In this document: positions 19,383-28,523 of the stretch, in pieces | How the letters are laid out: each line of letters begins with the position of its first letter | Position numbering within the stretch: position 1 is the first letter of the stretch | Assembly: GCA_050262755.1 (NCBI GenBank) | Contig: JBLNEP010000122.1 | Location: forward strand, 1 to 36,301 | Direction: 5' to 3' | Origin: Actinomycetota bacterium | Lineage (GTDB): Bacteria; Cyanobacteriota; Cyanobacteriia; Cyanobacteriales; Microcoleaceae | DNA length: 36,301 nucleotides | Notes under the pieces: model-generated | What the model saw: the letters and a program-made list of their open reading frames with translations, nothing else | Told to the model about the DNA's origin: nothing | Databases searched by the model: none | Translations under genes and position numbers: made by a program

Positions 19383-19832
19383 CTAGAAAGAAGCTTTAAC
19401 TTCACTGGTCACTCGCAACACCGACTCCTGATTAAAGGTGCGCTTGTAGGCATCGATAATCTCAGCAATCGCCTGGGTTTGCTCAGGACTATTTTCATGA
19501 ATTAAAATGACTAATTTTGATTTTTCTTGAGTGAGGATACCAGCGCGATTAAGGTACTGTCCGTAGGCGTCTAATACCGTGAGTCCCTCTTGAAATCGGG
19601 GAGTAATGACTTTGTTGAGAAATTGCTGCCATTCCTGCTCAGATAGGGTGCCACCTCCGGGTTGCGTTAAGCCAAAATATAGTTCATCTTTGATCGAAAG
19701 TTTTTGGCTAGGGTTCGGCGTAGAAGTTTCGGGAAGTTGAGCACGAATGAGTGGAGGAGGATAGGCGGGAATAAGGGAAAGGAGGATTACACAGAAAAGG
19801 TTGTTGAGATTTTTTGAGCAGGAGAGTATCAC
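19383..19832 (-). CDS. Small exported protein, DUF3574-like
   Basis: N-terminal hydrophobic signal. The core ELYFGLTQPGGGTLSEQEWQQFLNKVITPRFQEGLTVLDAYGQY resembles the DUF3574 consensus. Family name recalled from memory. Confidence 0.45.
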   Translation of the reverse strand: MILSCSKNLNNLFCVILLSLIPAYPPPLIRAQLPETSTPNPSQKLSIKDELYFGLTQPGGGTLSEQEWQQFLNKVITPRFQEGLTVLDAYGQYLNRAGILTQEKSKLVILIHENSPEQTQAIAEIIDAYKRTFNQESVLRVTSEVKASF

Positions 19833-20412
19833 GATCTATTTTTGTTTGAGTTAAAGTTTGCGGATGGGGTGGACTTCAATTTAACCACTTCTAGTTATGC
19901 TCTCGATTCATGAATCAATACGCTAGGATGAAGCCTCCAGCCAGAACTTCTTTATCACATCAGTGATTCACTGTCAATAGACAACTGCTGCAAGGGTGAG
20001 TTCCCCAGCGATCGCACCCATCACCCTTGCTTTACTGCTGCATAACTAATTAGATATATTAAAAAGTGACAAAACAGCGAGTCCCCTGGAGAGGCGCTGT
20101 TACCGCACCGGAGCTTTTGCAATGCTTCCATCTTGAAAATGGGAGATTGCCCCGATGAAAACGAATGTGGGTTGACTTAATTGCCTGATTCGTCTGCTGT
20201 TAGCTGTAGGTTCCCTCTCGGCCACAGAGAGAGCGGTGGTGCGCCTTCAGCACCTGCGCCACTCCAGATTGTCCAGATTGCTGTTGTGGGTAACAGCAGC
20301 TTGAACTCACCCTGGACAGAAACCGACCCCTGCACTGGAGAAAAGCCCAGGTAGGTCAATCACAAAGCACCGTTGAGCAATTCTATCTCCTTAATCAATT
20401 AGGAACTTCTCT

Positions 20413-20808
20413 ATGAAAATTGCTGTTTCAAGTAACAACCAAACCGATATCACTGGCCCCGCCGGACACTGCTTGCAATTCTGGATTTATGATATGGACG
20501 CGGCCACAGAGGATGAAAGCAAAAAGCTTTTACAGTTGACGAAAGAGCAGAGCTTTCATGCCGCTTCTGCGAGCGATCCTCATCCCCTAGACGAGGTACA
20601 AGTATTGATTAGCAGCAGCATGGGTACTGGATTAGCCCGTCGTTTAGAGTCCAAAGGCATTAAACCCATTGTTACTCCTGAAATTGACCCCGATGCAGCC
20701 GTAGCAGCTTATCTGGTGGGTTCTCTCATAACCGGAACCCCAGAAGATCGTGAACACACTCATGACACAGAACAGGACCATACAGGCGAATGTAAGTGTA
20801 ATGGCTGA
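20413..20808 (+). CDS. NifX/NifB-family dinitrogenase FeMo-cofactor-binding domain protein
   Basis: MKIAVSSNNQ…GHCLQFWIYD… matches the Nitro_FeMo-Co domain N-terminus (MKIA.PS..G…HFG…F.IYD). Cys/His-rich acidic tail (HTHDTEQDHTGECKCNG). Confidence 0.65.
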   Translation: MKIAVSSNNQTDITGPAGHCLQFWIYDMDAATEDESKKLLQLTKEQSFHAASASDPHPLDEVQVLISSSMGTGLARRLESKGIKPIVTPEIDPDAAVAAYLVGSLITGTPEDREHTHDTEQDHTGECKCNG

Positions 20809-21205
20809 TGATGATGTCTTGATTGTGGGCGGTGGTATGGTGGGATTATCCCTAGCCGCCGCCTTGTGGCAAACGCCTCTGCGAGTGGGAATCATTGAAC
20901 TCTCCGATCCGCAACGACGATCGCAAGATTCCAGAGCCAGTGCGATCGCACTAGGTTCAGCGCAAATTCTGGAGCAAATGGGTGCCTGGAAACCTATGCA
21001 AACCTTAGGCGTTTCACCCATTCATCAAGTCGTTGTCTCCGATGAAGGATTTCCCCGAACCACCACCCTCCTGTTTGGCACGGATCTCGCCAATCGTTTG
21101 TTCTCTAATCATTGGTTGCCCTTTGGGTTCGTCGTCTGGGACTCATGGGAATTGAGCATCTTTCACCCCTCAAACGAGAACTCATGCAATATGCAATGGG
21201 TGTAG
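20801..21205 (+). pseudogene. Truncated N-terminal fragment of a UbiH/Coq6-type FAD-dependent monooxygenase
   Basis: MADDDVLIVGGGMVGLSLAAAL…RVGIIE…SRASAIALGS…LGVSPIHQVVVSDEG is the FAD-binding N-terminus of a roughly 400-aa enzyme. The ORF stops after about 134 aa, and no continuation exists in any frame before the next gene at 21304. Its ATG overlaps the stop of the NifX-like gene. Confidence 0.5.
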
Positions 21206-21303
21206 CCATGAATCATCCCCATTTTGTTAGTCTTTAATGAATTGGGTCTTGCAGATCGTTCCCTTGGCAACCGCTCCCCTAGAATCAGCTATCTACAACA
21301 ACA

Positions 21304-22167
21304 ATGAGGAATGTACTTTCAGATACGGCGATCGCTCAATTGATAGAGGAGGATGTTCCCTATTTTGATTTGACCACCTTTGGGCTAGGTCTGAGCAAGC
21401 AAGCCGGCGCGATCGAGTTTTATGCCCGACATCCAATGGTAATCTGTGCCACGGAGGAAGCAACGAGAGTCTTTGAGCAGTGCGGGGCCACCGTTCAAGT
21501 TCAGATGGAGAGCGGCACCCCATTGGTTGCAGAACAACTCATTTTGAAGGCGACAGGGGCGGCAGAAGCGTTACATATTGCCTGGAGAGTTGCCCTCAAT
21601 TTAATGGAATATGCCTCTGGCATTGCGACTCGTACCAGTAATTTGGTGAATGCTGCTCATCAAGTCAATCCCTCCGTTGGCGTTGTCGGCACACGCAAAG
21701 TCTTTCCAGGAACTCGTAAATTATCCACTAAAGCACTCCTGGCAGGGGGCGCCATTCCGCATCGTCTGGGGTTGTCTGAAACCATTTTGATTTTTAAGGA
21801 ACATCTCACTTATCTGGATGGAATGCCGGGGTTACTGGAACGCTTACCTGAACTTAAACAGCGGTTTCAGGAACATAAGATTGCGATGGAAGTGGAAACC
21901 GCAGCAGATGCCTGGGCGATCGCTCAAGCAGGGGTGGATCTGATCCAGTTTGATAAACTTCCCGCTACCGATCTCAAGCTGTTAGTACCGTCACTCAAGG
22001 AGCAGTATCCAAACATCAAACTTGCAGTTGCGGGAGGAATTACCTTAGATAATATTCAGGACTATGCCAGCACAGGCGTCGATCTCTTAGTCACAAGTTA
22101 TCCTTATTTCGGCAAGCCTGCGGATATTGGTGCAAAGATGCTTAAGGGAGGATTGACGGACCTTTGA
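21304..22167 (+). CDS. modD: ModD / quinolinate-phosphoribosyltransferase (NadC)-family protein
   Basis: N-terminal EEDVPYFDLTT (NadC/ModD-type DLTT motif) and a TIM-barrel-like C-terminal half. At 287 aa it fits ModD better than NadC. Assignment by motif recall. Confidence 0.55.
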   Translation: MRNVLSDTAIAQLIEEDVPYFDLTTFGLGLSKQAGAIEFYARHPMVICATEEATRVFEQCGATVQVQMESGTPLVAEQLILKATGAAEALHIAWRVALNLMEYASGIATRTSNLVNAAHQVNPSVGVVGTRKVFPGTRKLSTKALLAGGAIPHRLGLSETILIFKEHLTYLDGMPGLLERLPELKQRFQEHKIAMEVETAADAWAIAQAGVDLIQFDKLPATDLKLLVPSLKEQYPNIKLAVAGGITLDNIQDYASTGVDLLVTSYPYFGKPADIGAKMLKGGLTDL

Positions 22168-22254
22168 ACCCTGAGAGGAAGTCTCAGTCAAACGTTGCTG
22201 CGACCGCCCCAGTCCTCCTGACTCCCGGTAGACAAAACTATAAGTCCCCTTGAC

Positions 22255-24951
22255 CTAAGAGTCGCTAGCGCGATCGCCTTTTGGCAAGGGGTGGGTGTCA
22301 GATGCGATCGGACTAATCAACCCCTGGGCCGTACTAAAGAGATTAATTGGATTTCTGCCATCTGTAATTAACACACTTTGAATACCCAATGCTTGTAAAA
22401 GTCTAGCCTGCATTTCCGGACCAGCTTGAGCCATTGCTGTGAGCGTTTCAGAGCCAATCGCTTCTACTTTTTCTCTGAATTCAGTGCTGGTGATTTCTGC
22501 CATCCGTTGAGCTTTTTCAATCTCCAAATGATTCAACGCTTGTTGATGCGCTAATTCTGCTTCCTGTCTCGCTCTTAATTGAGCCAATTCTACTTCAGAG
22601 CGAATCCTTGCTGCCTCGGCTTCTTGTTGAGCTAAGTTCACCGCTAATTGACCTTGAATTCTCGCAGCTTCCGCCTTGGCTCTCGCTTCTGCCGTGGCTT
22701 GACCGGTAGACTCAATGGCGGCATTTTCGGCTTGTAATTCCAGCAAATTCTTGCGCTCTACTTCTGCTGCACCTTTATCAACAATCGCTTGCCGTTCTAG
22801 TCTCGCTTTGGCTTCTTGTTCAATTCGTTCTGCATCATGTCTGGCCGCTGCTTCTTGGGCATCTGTGGTAATTTGAATGGCAATTTGTACCGACTTTTGG
22901 AGACTCTTTAAGGTTTCTTCGTCTACGGGTTCCACCGACTGGATATCTACATTAAAAATCACCAAATTATTGGTTCTAAAACGTAATTCATCTCGCACGC
23001 GACCCGCTTCGTCTGTTCCAAAGACCGAGGCACGGATAATGTGAGCTGAATTCCGGTGAAATTCGTCAAATTTGACACCCGCTACAGCTCCTCGCACGCG
23101 AGAGGCGATCGCTTTACAAGCGGTATCGATAAAATCAGGAACTTGAAACAACTTGACTGCTGCCTGTTCGTCCTGGCGATCGACATCAAAATACCAGTTA
23201 TAGGATAACCGTAACTGAAGTCTGGCATGGTCTGAAGTTTCCACGGCGAAGACATCGGTCATAAAATCCGGGCCTAATAACAAGGCGAGGGATTTGATGA
23301 CATGGGGGCGTTTGGGGACGCTACCGGATAAACTGAGTACGGTAAAGGCTTCATCAGGGCCCAGCATCACTAAGTCGGGTCCGAATACAGTTCTGGCAGT
23401 TCTTTCCTTGTAATCGTGAATTTGCACGGCTGAATTTTGCGGAACGTGAAAGACAACGGCCCTGCTTTTATCTCGTGAAGCTGTTGTTTGAGATGGGGTC
23501 GATAATTCGGAGGTTTGAGTTGAGCGATCGCTCGTTTTGCTAAGATGATACCGACCCCGCTCAGAAACCGGGTCATTTTTAAGTGCGAGTAGTTCTTCAA
23601 CAATCGGCGGTAATTCTTTTTCCCAAAGTTCTTCATAGGGACTCAGCATATAAGCTTGGGGACCGCTTACTACTTTCAGTTCACCTGTTTGAATGTCACG
23701 CACATAGATCCCTTCATTTTTATCCAGAGGAATTGCTTGACGTTTCTCCAGGACTTCCACTTCCACACGAGGAATATAATCTCTGGGTCCTGCAATCATC
23801 CACAAATCTCCAGGGTGTCGTTGAATTAAACGTTCCCCTTCTCCTTCCCTAAAAGCTTCTTTTGCTTTCAGCAAAAGAGCTTCCTGTTCGCCCAATACAT
23901 AAACTTTTTGGATCCCATTTTCTAGGGACTCACCGGGATGCAAGAAAAATGAAAGTCTGCCTTGACGAACCTCTCGCAGCCCTAACTGAGGTTTACCCTC
24001 TGCATCAATTGGGTTAACAACTGTACACCATTCTCGGTCTCCCAAGGTGGCAATTTCTACTTCCCCAACGACCACTTCATAGACATCAGGAATATGAATT
24101 TCTGCATCTTCAATCGTGACCAACCATTCATCCCCTGCTTTCCGTTGCCGACTAAAAACGTCGAAAAATGTACGTTTTGCTTGCAAATGCAAGGCTTTTT
24201 TCTCTGTTAAAATGTAAGCATTAATAATCCCAATAACTTCCTCATCAACTCCAGGTAAATAGGCTCCTTCTTCCCTCACTAACCACTCTTCACCCGCTCT
24301 GCGTCTATGACCTTGGCGATCGGTACAATTTTGCCGAGCCAGTAACCGTAACGCTTGATTCGGCTTAATAACTATGGCAGTAACGACCTTAACCACTTCA
24401 ACTTCAATACGGGGGGTATAAGTTCCTGGCCCTTCAAACAGCCATTCATCTCCTGCTAAACGGTTAATCGTTTCCGATTGGGTTTCAACTTCATTCGTCA
24501 CTAAAATGGTATCGGTAAAATCCCGCAAGGCTTTTAAACGCAATGCTTGATTTCTCTCAACTACTTTCAGTTGGGTAATCTCTCCCTGAACTTCTTCACC
24601 CGGATAGAGCGGAAAAGGCTCTTGGGCAAAGCGAATTTCGGCATCACCATATCTTAGTTTGATCTGCCCATGTTCATCTGTCAGGAGAATTCCATCCTCA
24701 TCTCGCAGCACAGGATTAGCAATCACGCAATAATAACGAGGGGGAACCACGATCATTGGTTCTGGTTTTAAAATGAGTCGCTCATGGTCGCGTAGGGTAA
24801 TCGTTTGAGGACCAACTTCTAATCGGGTAACGCCAGTATTAGTATCTAGAATGTGAATAAACTGCTGAGGTTTTAGGCGAATAACGCCCGTAGAACTTCC
24901 TGCCACTTCGGTTTTACTCTCAGTTTTCCGTTCCGTTGTATTCATTTCCAT
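22255..24951 (-). CDS. Major vault protein (MVP) homolog, full length
   Basis: 898 aa, collinear with metazoan MVP over its whole length. [12 protein letters not shown] (human PPRHYCTVANPV). [22 protein letters not shown] ([22 protein letters not shown]). [38 protein letters not shown]…ELWEKELPP. Shoulder: [28 protein letters not shown]. Ala/Glu-rich cap-helix coiled coil. C-terminal [28 protein letters not shown] (human [28 protein letters not shown]). HIP1 sites lie inside the gene. Confidence 0.9.
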   Translation of the reverse strand: [898 protein letters not shown]

Positions 24952-25535
24952 CTTCTAATTAGGGATTGCCAATAGTTTTCTAGTTAGGATTGTTTGGATA
25001 CCTTTGTGGGGTGGGCATCCCACTCGCCCTAACCCCATCACAGAAAGCCACGCTTTTGCTGTTTGAGCCAGTAGAAATTTCCCTGAGGTTGCAGCTTGAT
25101 TCTAACCGCACTTAACTTAGGGATTCAAAATTGTAATGAATCTACAATAGACTTCCCGAATCAAAGGGCGCTCGCAATTAACGGAACATCATGACTACTG
25201 AAGCTAACGCATCAAAGGGTTAGGAAGTGAGGATTCAACGATCCATAAGCAACTGGCAACCTACGGCCTGCATCTTACTGCTTTTTTACTTTCTTTATAT
25301 TTTATTCTCAAACCCTGATGCTAAGAGACGTTTACCCATTGAGCGAGCAAGAGTTGTATGGCTGCTCATGGTGCGCTCACTCCATCCCGCCAAAAAAATC
25401 GACCCCCTGCCTTTCTGTCTGCTGCGCCTGACTCTCCAACAGAAGAGGAGGTTGGAAGATCGCGCAGAAGATCGGAAGTGGGGGTCTGGTATAAGCAGAC
25501 AACCGGGTTGACGGAGCGCCTACCTTGGAGTGATG

Positions 25536-25895
25536 CTACCGTCCAGAATTATTTTTTAACTCATTTAGACTTCTCTTGGCTGTGTCTGGATACACCGATC
25601 CAAATTCTTTCAAAGCTTCTCCTGACTCTTCCACAATTTTTTCAAATCGTTCGCCAGGAGCGTTTGCTGTTTCCCGAGCTTCTTGATTCCATTCCCCGGT
25701 TGTTTTAGGTCTGGCAGAATCAGTGCGGTCTAACTTAGCGTGAGTTCGATCGCCCAAGGTTTTATGATTACGCCCAGAATCAACATTAGTCGTCAGTAGT
25801 AGAAAACCAACTAGGACTACTGCTAGAAAACGCTTGACTTGAAAGGCGCTAAACAGGGAACTGATGCAAGTGCTCGCTTTGGAAATCAAATTCAT
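25536..25895 (-). CDS. Hypothetical small membrane-anchored or secreted protein
   Basis: Only the C-terminal roughly 120 aa of the 205-aa ORF looks protein-like: MNLISKASTCISSLFSAFQVKRFLAVVLVGFLLLTTNV, then a charged soluble tail. A GGGAG sits about 10 nt upstream of the ATG at 25895. No homolog recognised. Confidence 0.3.
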   Translation of the reverse strand: MNLISKASTCISSLFSAFQVKRFLAVVLVGFLLLTTNVDSGRNHKTLGDRTHAKLDRTDSARPKTTGEWNQEARETANAPGERFEKIVEESGEALKEFGSVYPDTAKRSLNELKNNSGR

Positions 25896-26264
25896 AAGGA
25901 TCATACTCCCGGATTTTATTTTCAGTCTGATTGGCTCACAACGACTGGGGCTAATGCCATTAAAAACTTCCCGCAGCTTTTCTCTGCAATTAGCCTCAGA
26001 AATACAGACAATAGATTGGCGATTAAATCGATTCAAAGCCACACTATTTTCTAGTAAATTTCTTGTTTTGAGCCTAAACCTTAAACTAACAATCGAGAGA
26101 AAATGATTCCTCTGACTCAAGTTATAGCTTGACCCTAAGCAGAAATACTCCATCAGCTAGAGGGGAGCGGTCAACTGAGCAATCTTCTACTGAGATGAAC
26201 TTCCTCTGCTCTAGCGCAATGACCTAACTTTGCTCAACCCAGAATCATCTCGATCTGGTTATTG

Positions 26265-26444
26265 CTAATCCCATAACTCCTCATCAGCACTAGACTCAAT
26301 GGTTAAATCATCCAGGCTATCACCCTGCTGCTCGTAATGGTCGAGGCACTCTTCAGAGCAGAGGTAGGCAAGCTGATCGTAGAGCGGTGAAAGCAGAGGT
26401 TCGAGCGGAAGATCGCCACCGCACCAATCGCATTTTTTGCTCAT
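26265..26444 (-). CDS. Small acidic Cys-rich protein (putative zinc ribbon), hypothetical
   Basis: MSKKCDWCGG…LCSEECLDHY, i.e. CxxC…CxxxC. Strong RBS GGAGG 8 nt upstream of the ATG at 26444. The listed ORF start at 26459 is a TTG upstream of it. Confidence 0.4.
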   Translation of the reverse strand: MSKKCDWCGGDLPLEPLLSPLYDQLAYLCSEECLDHYEQQGDSLDDLTIESSADEELWD

Positions 26445-26614
26445 AACTATCGCCTCCAATCAACCAAGAATTTCTGGGAACGTTCTGAAGGTTTTTATAG
26501 CAGAAATAATCCAGCTTCTGCTCGCATTTTTATTGAATTGTATCTTTTGTAACAGAACTTGACTTCTGAATCAGATTATTCATGATTAATTGATTGACGA
26601 AGGGAGGAAATTAA

Positions 26615-27055
26615 ATGGCAATTTCTGAAATCACCCAAAAATTGTTAGCGGCTAAGAAAGCTAAGCAAATTAGTTTTACAGACTTGGAGAAAATCGTGGG
26701 TCGTGATGAAGTCTGGATTGCTGCGGTGATCTATCGCCAAGCAGCCGCTTCTATGGATGAAGCGGAAAAGATAGTCTCAGCTTTGGGGTTAGAGCGAGAA
26801 ATTGCTGAAATTCTTACAGAATCGCCTTTAAAAAGTTCTTTAGAGGGCGCTCTTGCCGATCCGCTGATTTACCGATTTTATGAAATTGTGCAGGTGTATG
26901 GAATGCCACTCAAAGCAATTATTCATGAAAAATTTGGCGATGGAATTATGAGTGCGATTGACTTTACCCTTGATGTAGAGAAGGAAGAAGATCCGAAGGG
27001 CGATCGAGTTAAAGTCATGATGTCGGGGAAATTTTTACCCTATAAAAAATGGTAG
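26615..27055 (+). CDS. cynS: Cyanase (cyanate hydratase)
   Basis: Near-identical C-terminal catalytic region to E. coli CynS: [36 protein letters not shown]…[25 protein letters not shown] upstream. Confidence 0.95.
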   Translation: MAISEITQKLLAAKKAKQISFTDLEKIVGRDEVWIAAVIYRQAAASMDEAEKIVSALGLEREIAEILTESPLKSSLEGALADPLIYRFYEIVQVYGMPLKAIIHEKFGDGIMSAIDFTLDVEKEEDPKGDRVKVMMSGKFLPYKKW

Positions 27056-27790
27056 AATTGGGGTGCAGAGCTTGCAGAGATGAGACGCCGGCACCCTCAA
27101 GAATTAGATTCTCACCTGTGAGGGAAATGCTGACTCTGGTCCTGCACGTTCTGAATTAAAATCAGTTGTTTGGGTCAATCTTTGCACCCATATCACTCAG
27201 ATCGGTGATGAAACTGAGGCAAAACAAAGATTTCATAATATCTACGATGAGACTTGATGCCATCTATCTTTTAGCTGAAATAATTTTTTGATATTGTAGT
27301 TTAATTGGTACTCGCTCTCACTCGGAAATCATGAGGATTTCCCACAACTAATGAGGGTCACTATCTACAACGATCGAGGAAGCAAAGCAAGCGTTGAACT
27401 CGGACGAACAGCGAGGTACGCAACTGTCAAGCTAGGGAAAAGGGGAAAGTAAATCAGGTGATTTGAGTTTGTATCTGAGCGAGTCAGTTATCTAGCTCTA
27501 GTTGTTTCGCTCGCCAAAAGCAGGTGTAAAAACCAAGGTGAGCTTTTCTGGGTTGAGCGGTGTAATTTTTGCGAGAAAATTTATAATAATACTCTCTCTA
27601 TCCAGAAAAACTTACCTGGCTTTTCTGACTATAGGCAGAGTTTTGCTGGGTGTCATTTATCACTTTTGACCCAGGTTTTGTTTTGAAGCAATTCTATAAG
27701 CTATTTGTTATCTAAGCCAGCTTGATAAGTGAATCAATCTAATAAGGAGCTGAGCTTTTTTTAGTAGAGCGCACGAAGGAAGGTTAATTT

Positions 27791-28345
27791 ATGAAGGCTA
27801 AATTGATGCAATCAAATCTGTTGCCGATGGGTGTTATCTCTGCGATGATTTCCCTAGGAGCGATGCTTGGGGGAGGTTTGCCGGTTCAAGCTCAAACTAA
27901 TTCCTCTCAGATGAATGGTGATACGACTCAAATGAATGGTGGGATGAGTCCGATGAATGATGGGACAAGCCCCATGAATAATGGGACAAGCCCCATGAAT
28001 AATGGGACGAATCAAATGAACTCATCACCGGCTCCGATGCAGCAGCCACTCAATCAATCTAATCCCAGTTCGACCCCTTCTCAGCAAGGTTCGCTCAACA
28101 ACTATTCTGTAGATAGAGCGCCAATTTTGAGCTACGGCAGTGAGGGAGACAGTGTTAGGGATGTTCAAAGTTTTTTGAGCCAGCGCGGATTTTATCAAGG
28201 TCAGATTGATGGAGTCTTTGGGGTTGAAACGAGCAATGCAGTTAGGCAGTTTCAGCAGTCAAATAATTTAAACAATGACGGTGTCATTGGTCCTGAAACT
28301 TGGGAAGCGATGATCAATGTTTCTAATCAAGCTTCCAATTTTTAA
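27791..28345 (+). CDS. Secreted protein with (S/T)PMN(N/D)G repeats and a C-terminal peptidoglycan-binding (PG_binding_1) domain
   Basis: Signal peptide. Repeats QMNGDTTQMNGGMSPMNDGTSPMNNGTSPMNNGTNQMN. C-terminal GSEGDSVRDVQSFLSQRGFYQGQIDGVFGVETSNAVRQFQQSNNLNNDGVIGPETWEAM. Confidence 0.75.
   Translation: MKAKLMQSNLLPMGVISAMISLGAMLGGGLPVQAQTNSSQMNGDTTQMNGGMSPMNDGTSPMNNGTSPMNNGTNQMNSSPAPMQQPLNQSNPSSTPSQQGSLNNYSVDRAPILSYGSEGDSVRDVQSFLSQRGFYQGQIDGVFGVETSNAVRQFQQSNNLNNDGVIGPETWEAMINVSNQASNF
27911..28025 (+). repeat. Tandem 18-21 bp coding repeats, including a perfect 21-bp duplication (27961-27981 and 27982-28002)
   Basis: tgggacaagccccatgaataa appears twice in tandem, flanked by diverged copies (atgaatggtgatacgactcaa, atgaatggtgggatgagtccg…). 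Confidence 0.85.
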
Positions 28346-28523
28346 GAGACTGAATTTTCAGAAAGGGTCTTCGCCCCAGCGACAAGTCGGCGCTGTGGGC
28401 GAACCTCTTTAAACAAGAGGTTGAGACACCCAGAAGTGGCAGAAGTCGTGAATCGCTCAACCCTCTGCAAGGAATCATTAAATTTCGAGGGAGGGTAGAT
28501 TGCTCAAAGTTAGATGCTGTTAG

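Noticed and set aside
19833-20412. Cobalamin riboswitch in the NifX-like leader
   Set aside because: Only a partial B12-box-like string (GCCACTC) is present. The other conserved cobalamin elements were not seen. Kept only as a generic structured-leader candidate.
22171-22187. Short hairpin (CTGAGA-GGAAG-TCTCAG) between the convergent ModD and MVP genes as a bidirectional terminator
   Set aside because: Only a 6-bp stem and no adjacent U-tract on either strand. Too weak to call.
22255-24951. MVP gene as eukaryotic contamination or mis-assembly
   Set aside because: HIP1 octamers occur inside the gene and it is flanked on both sides by cyanobacterial-type genes (ModD, cynS) in the same contiguous sequence. 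Read-level confirmation is still advisable.
25227-25708. Overlapping plus-strand ORFs 25227-25511 and 25358-25708
   Set aside because: They overlap each other and the minus-strand small gene. Low-complexity translations and no homology. They sit in the promoter region of the MVP gene.
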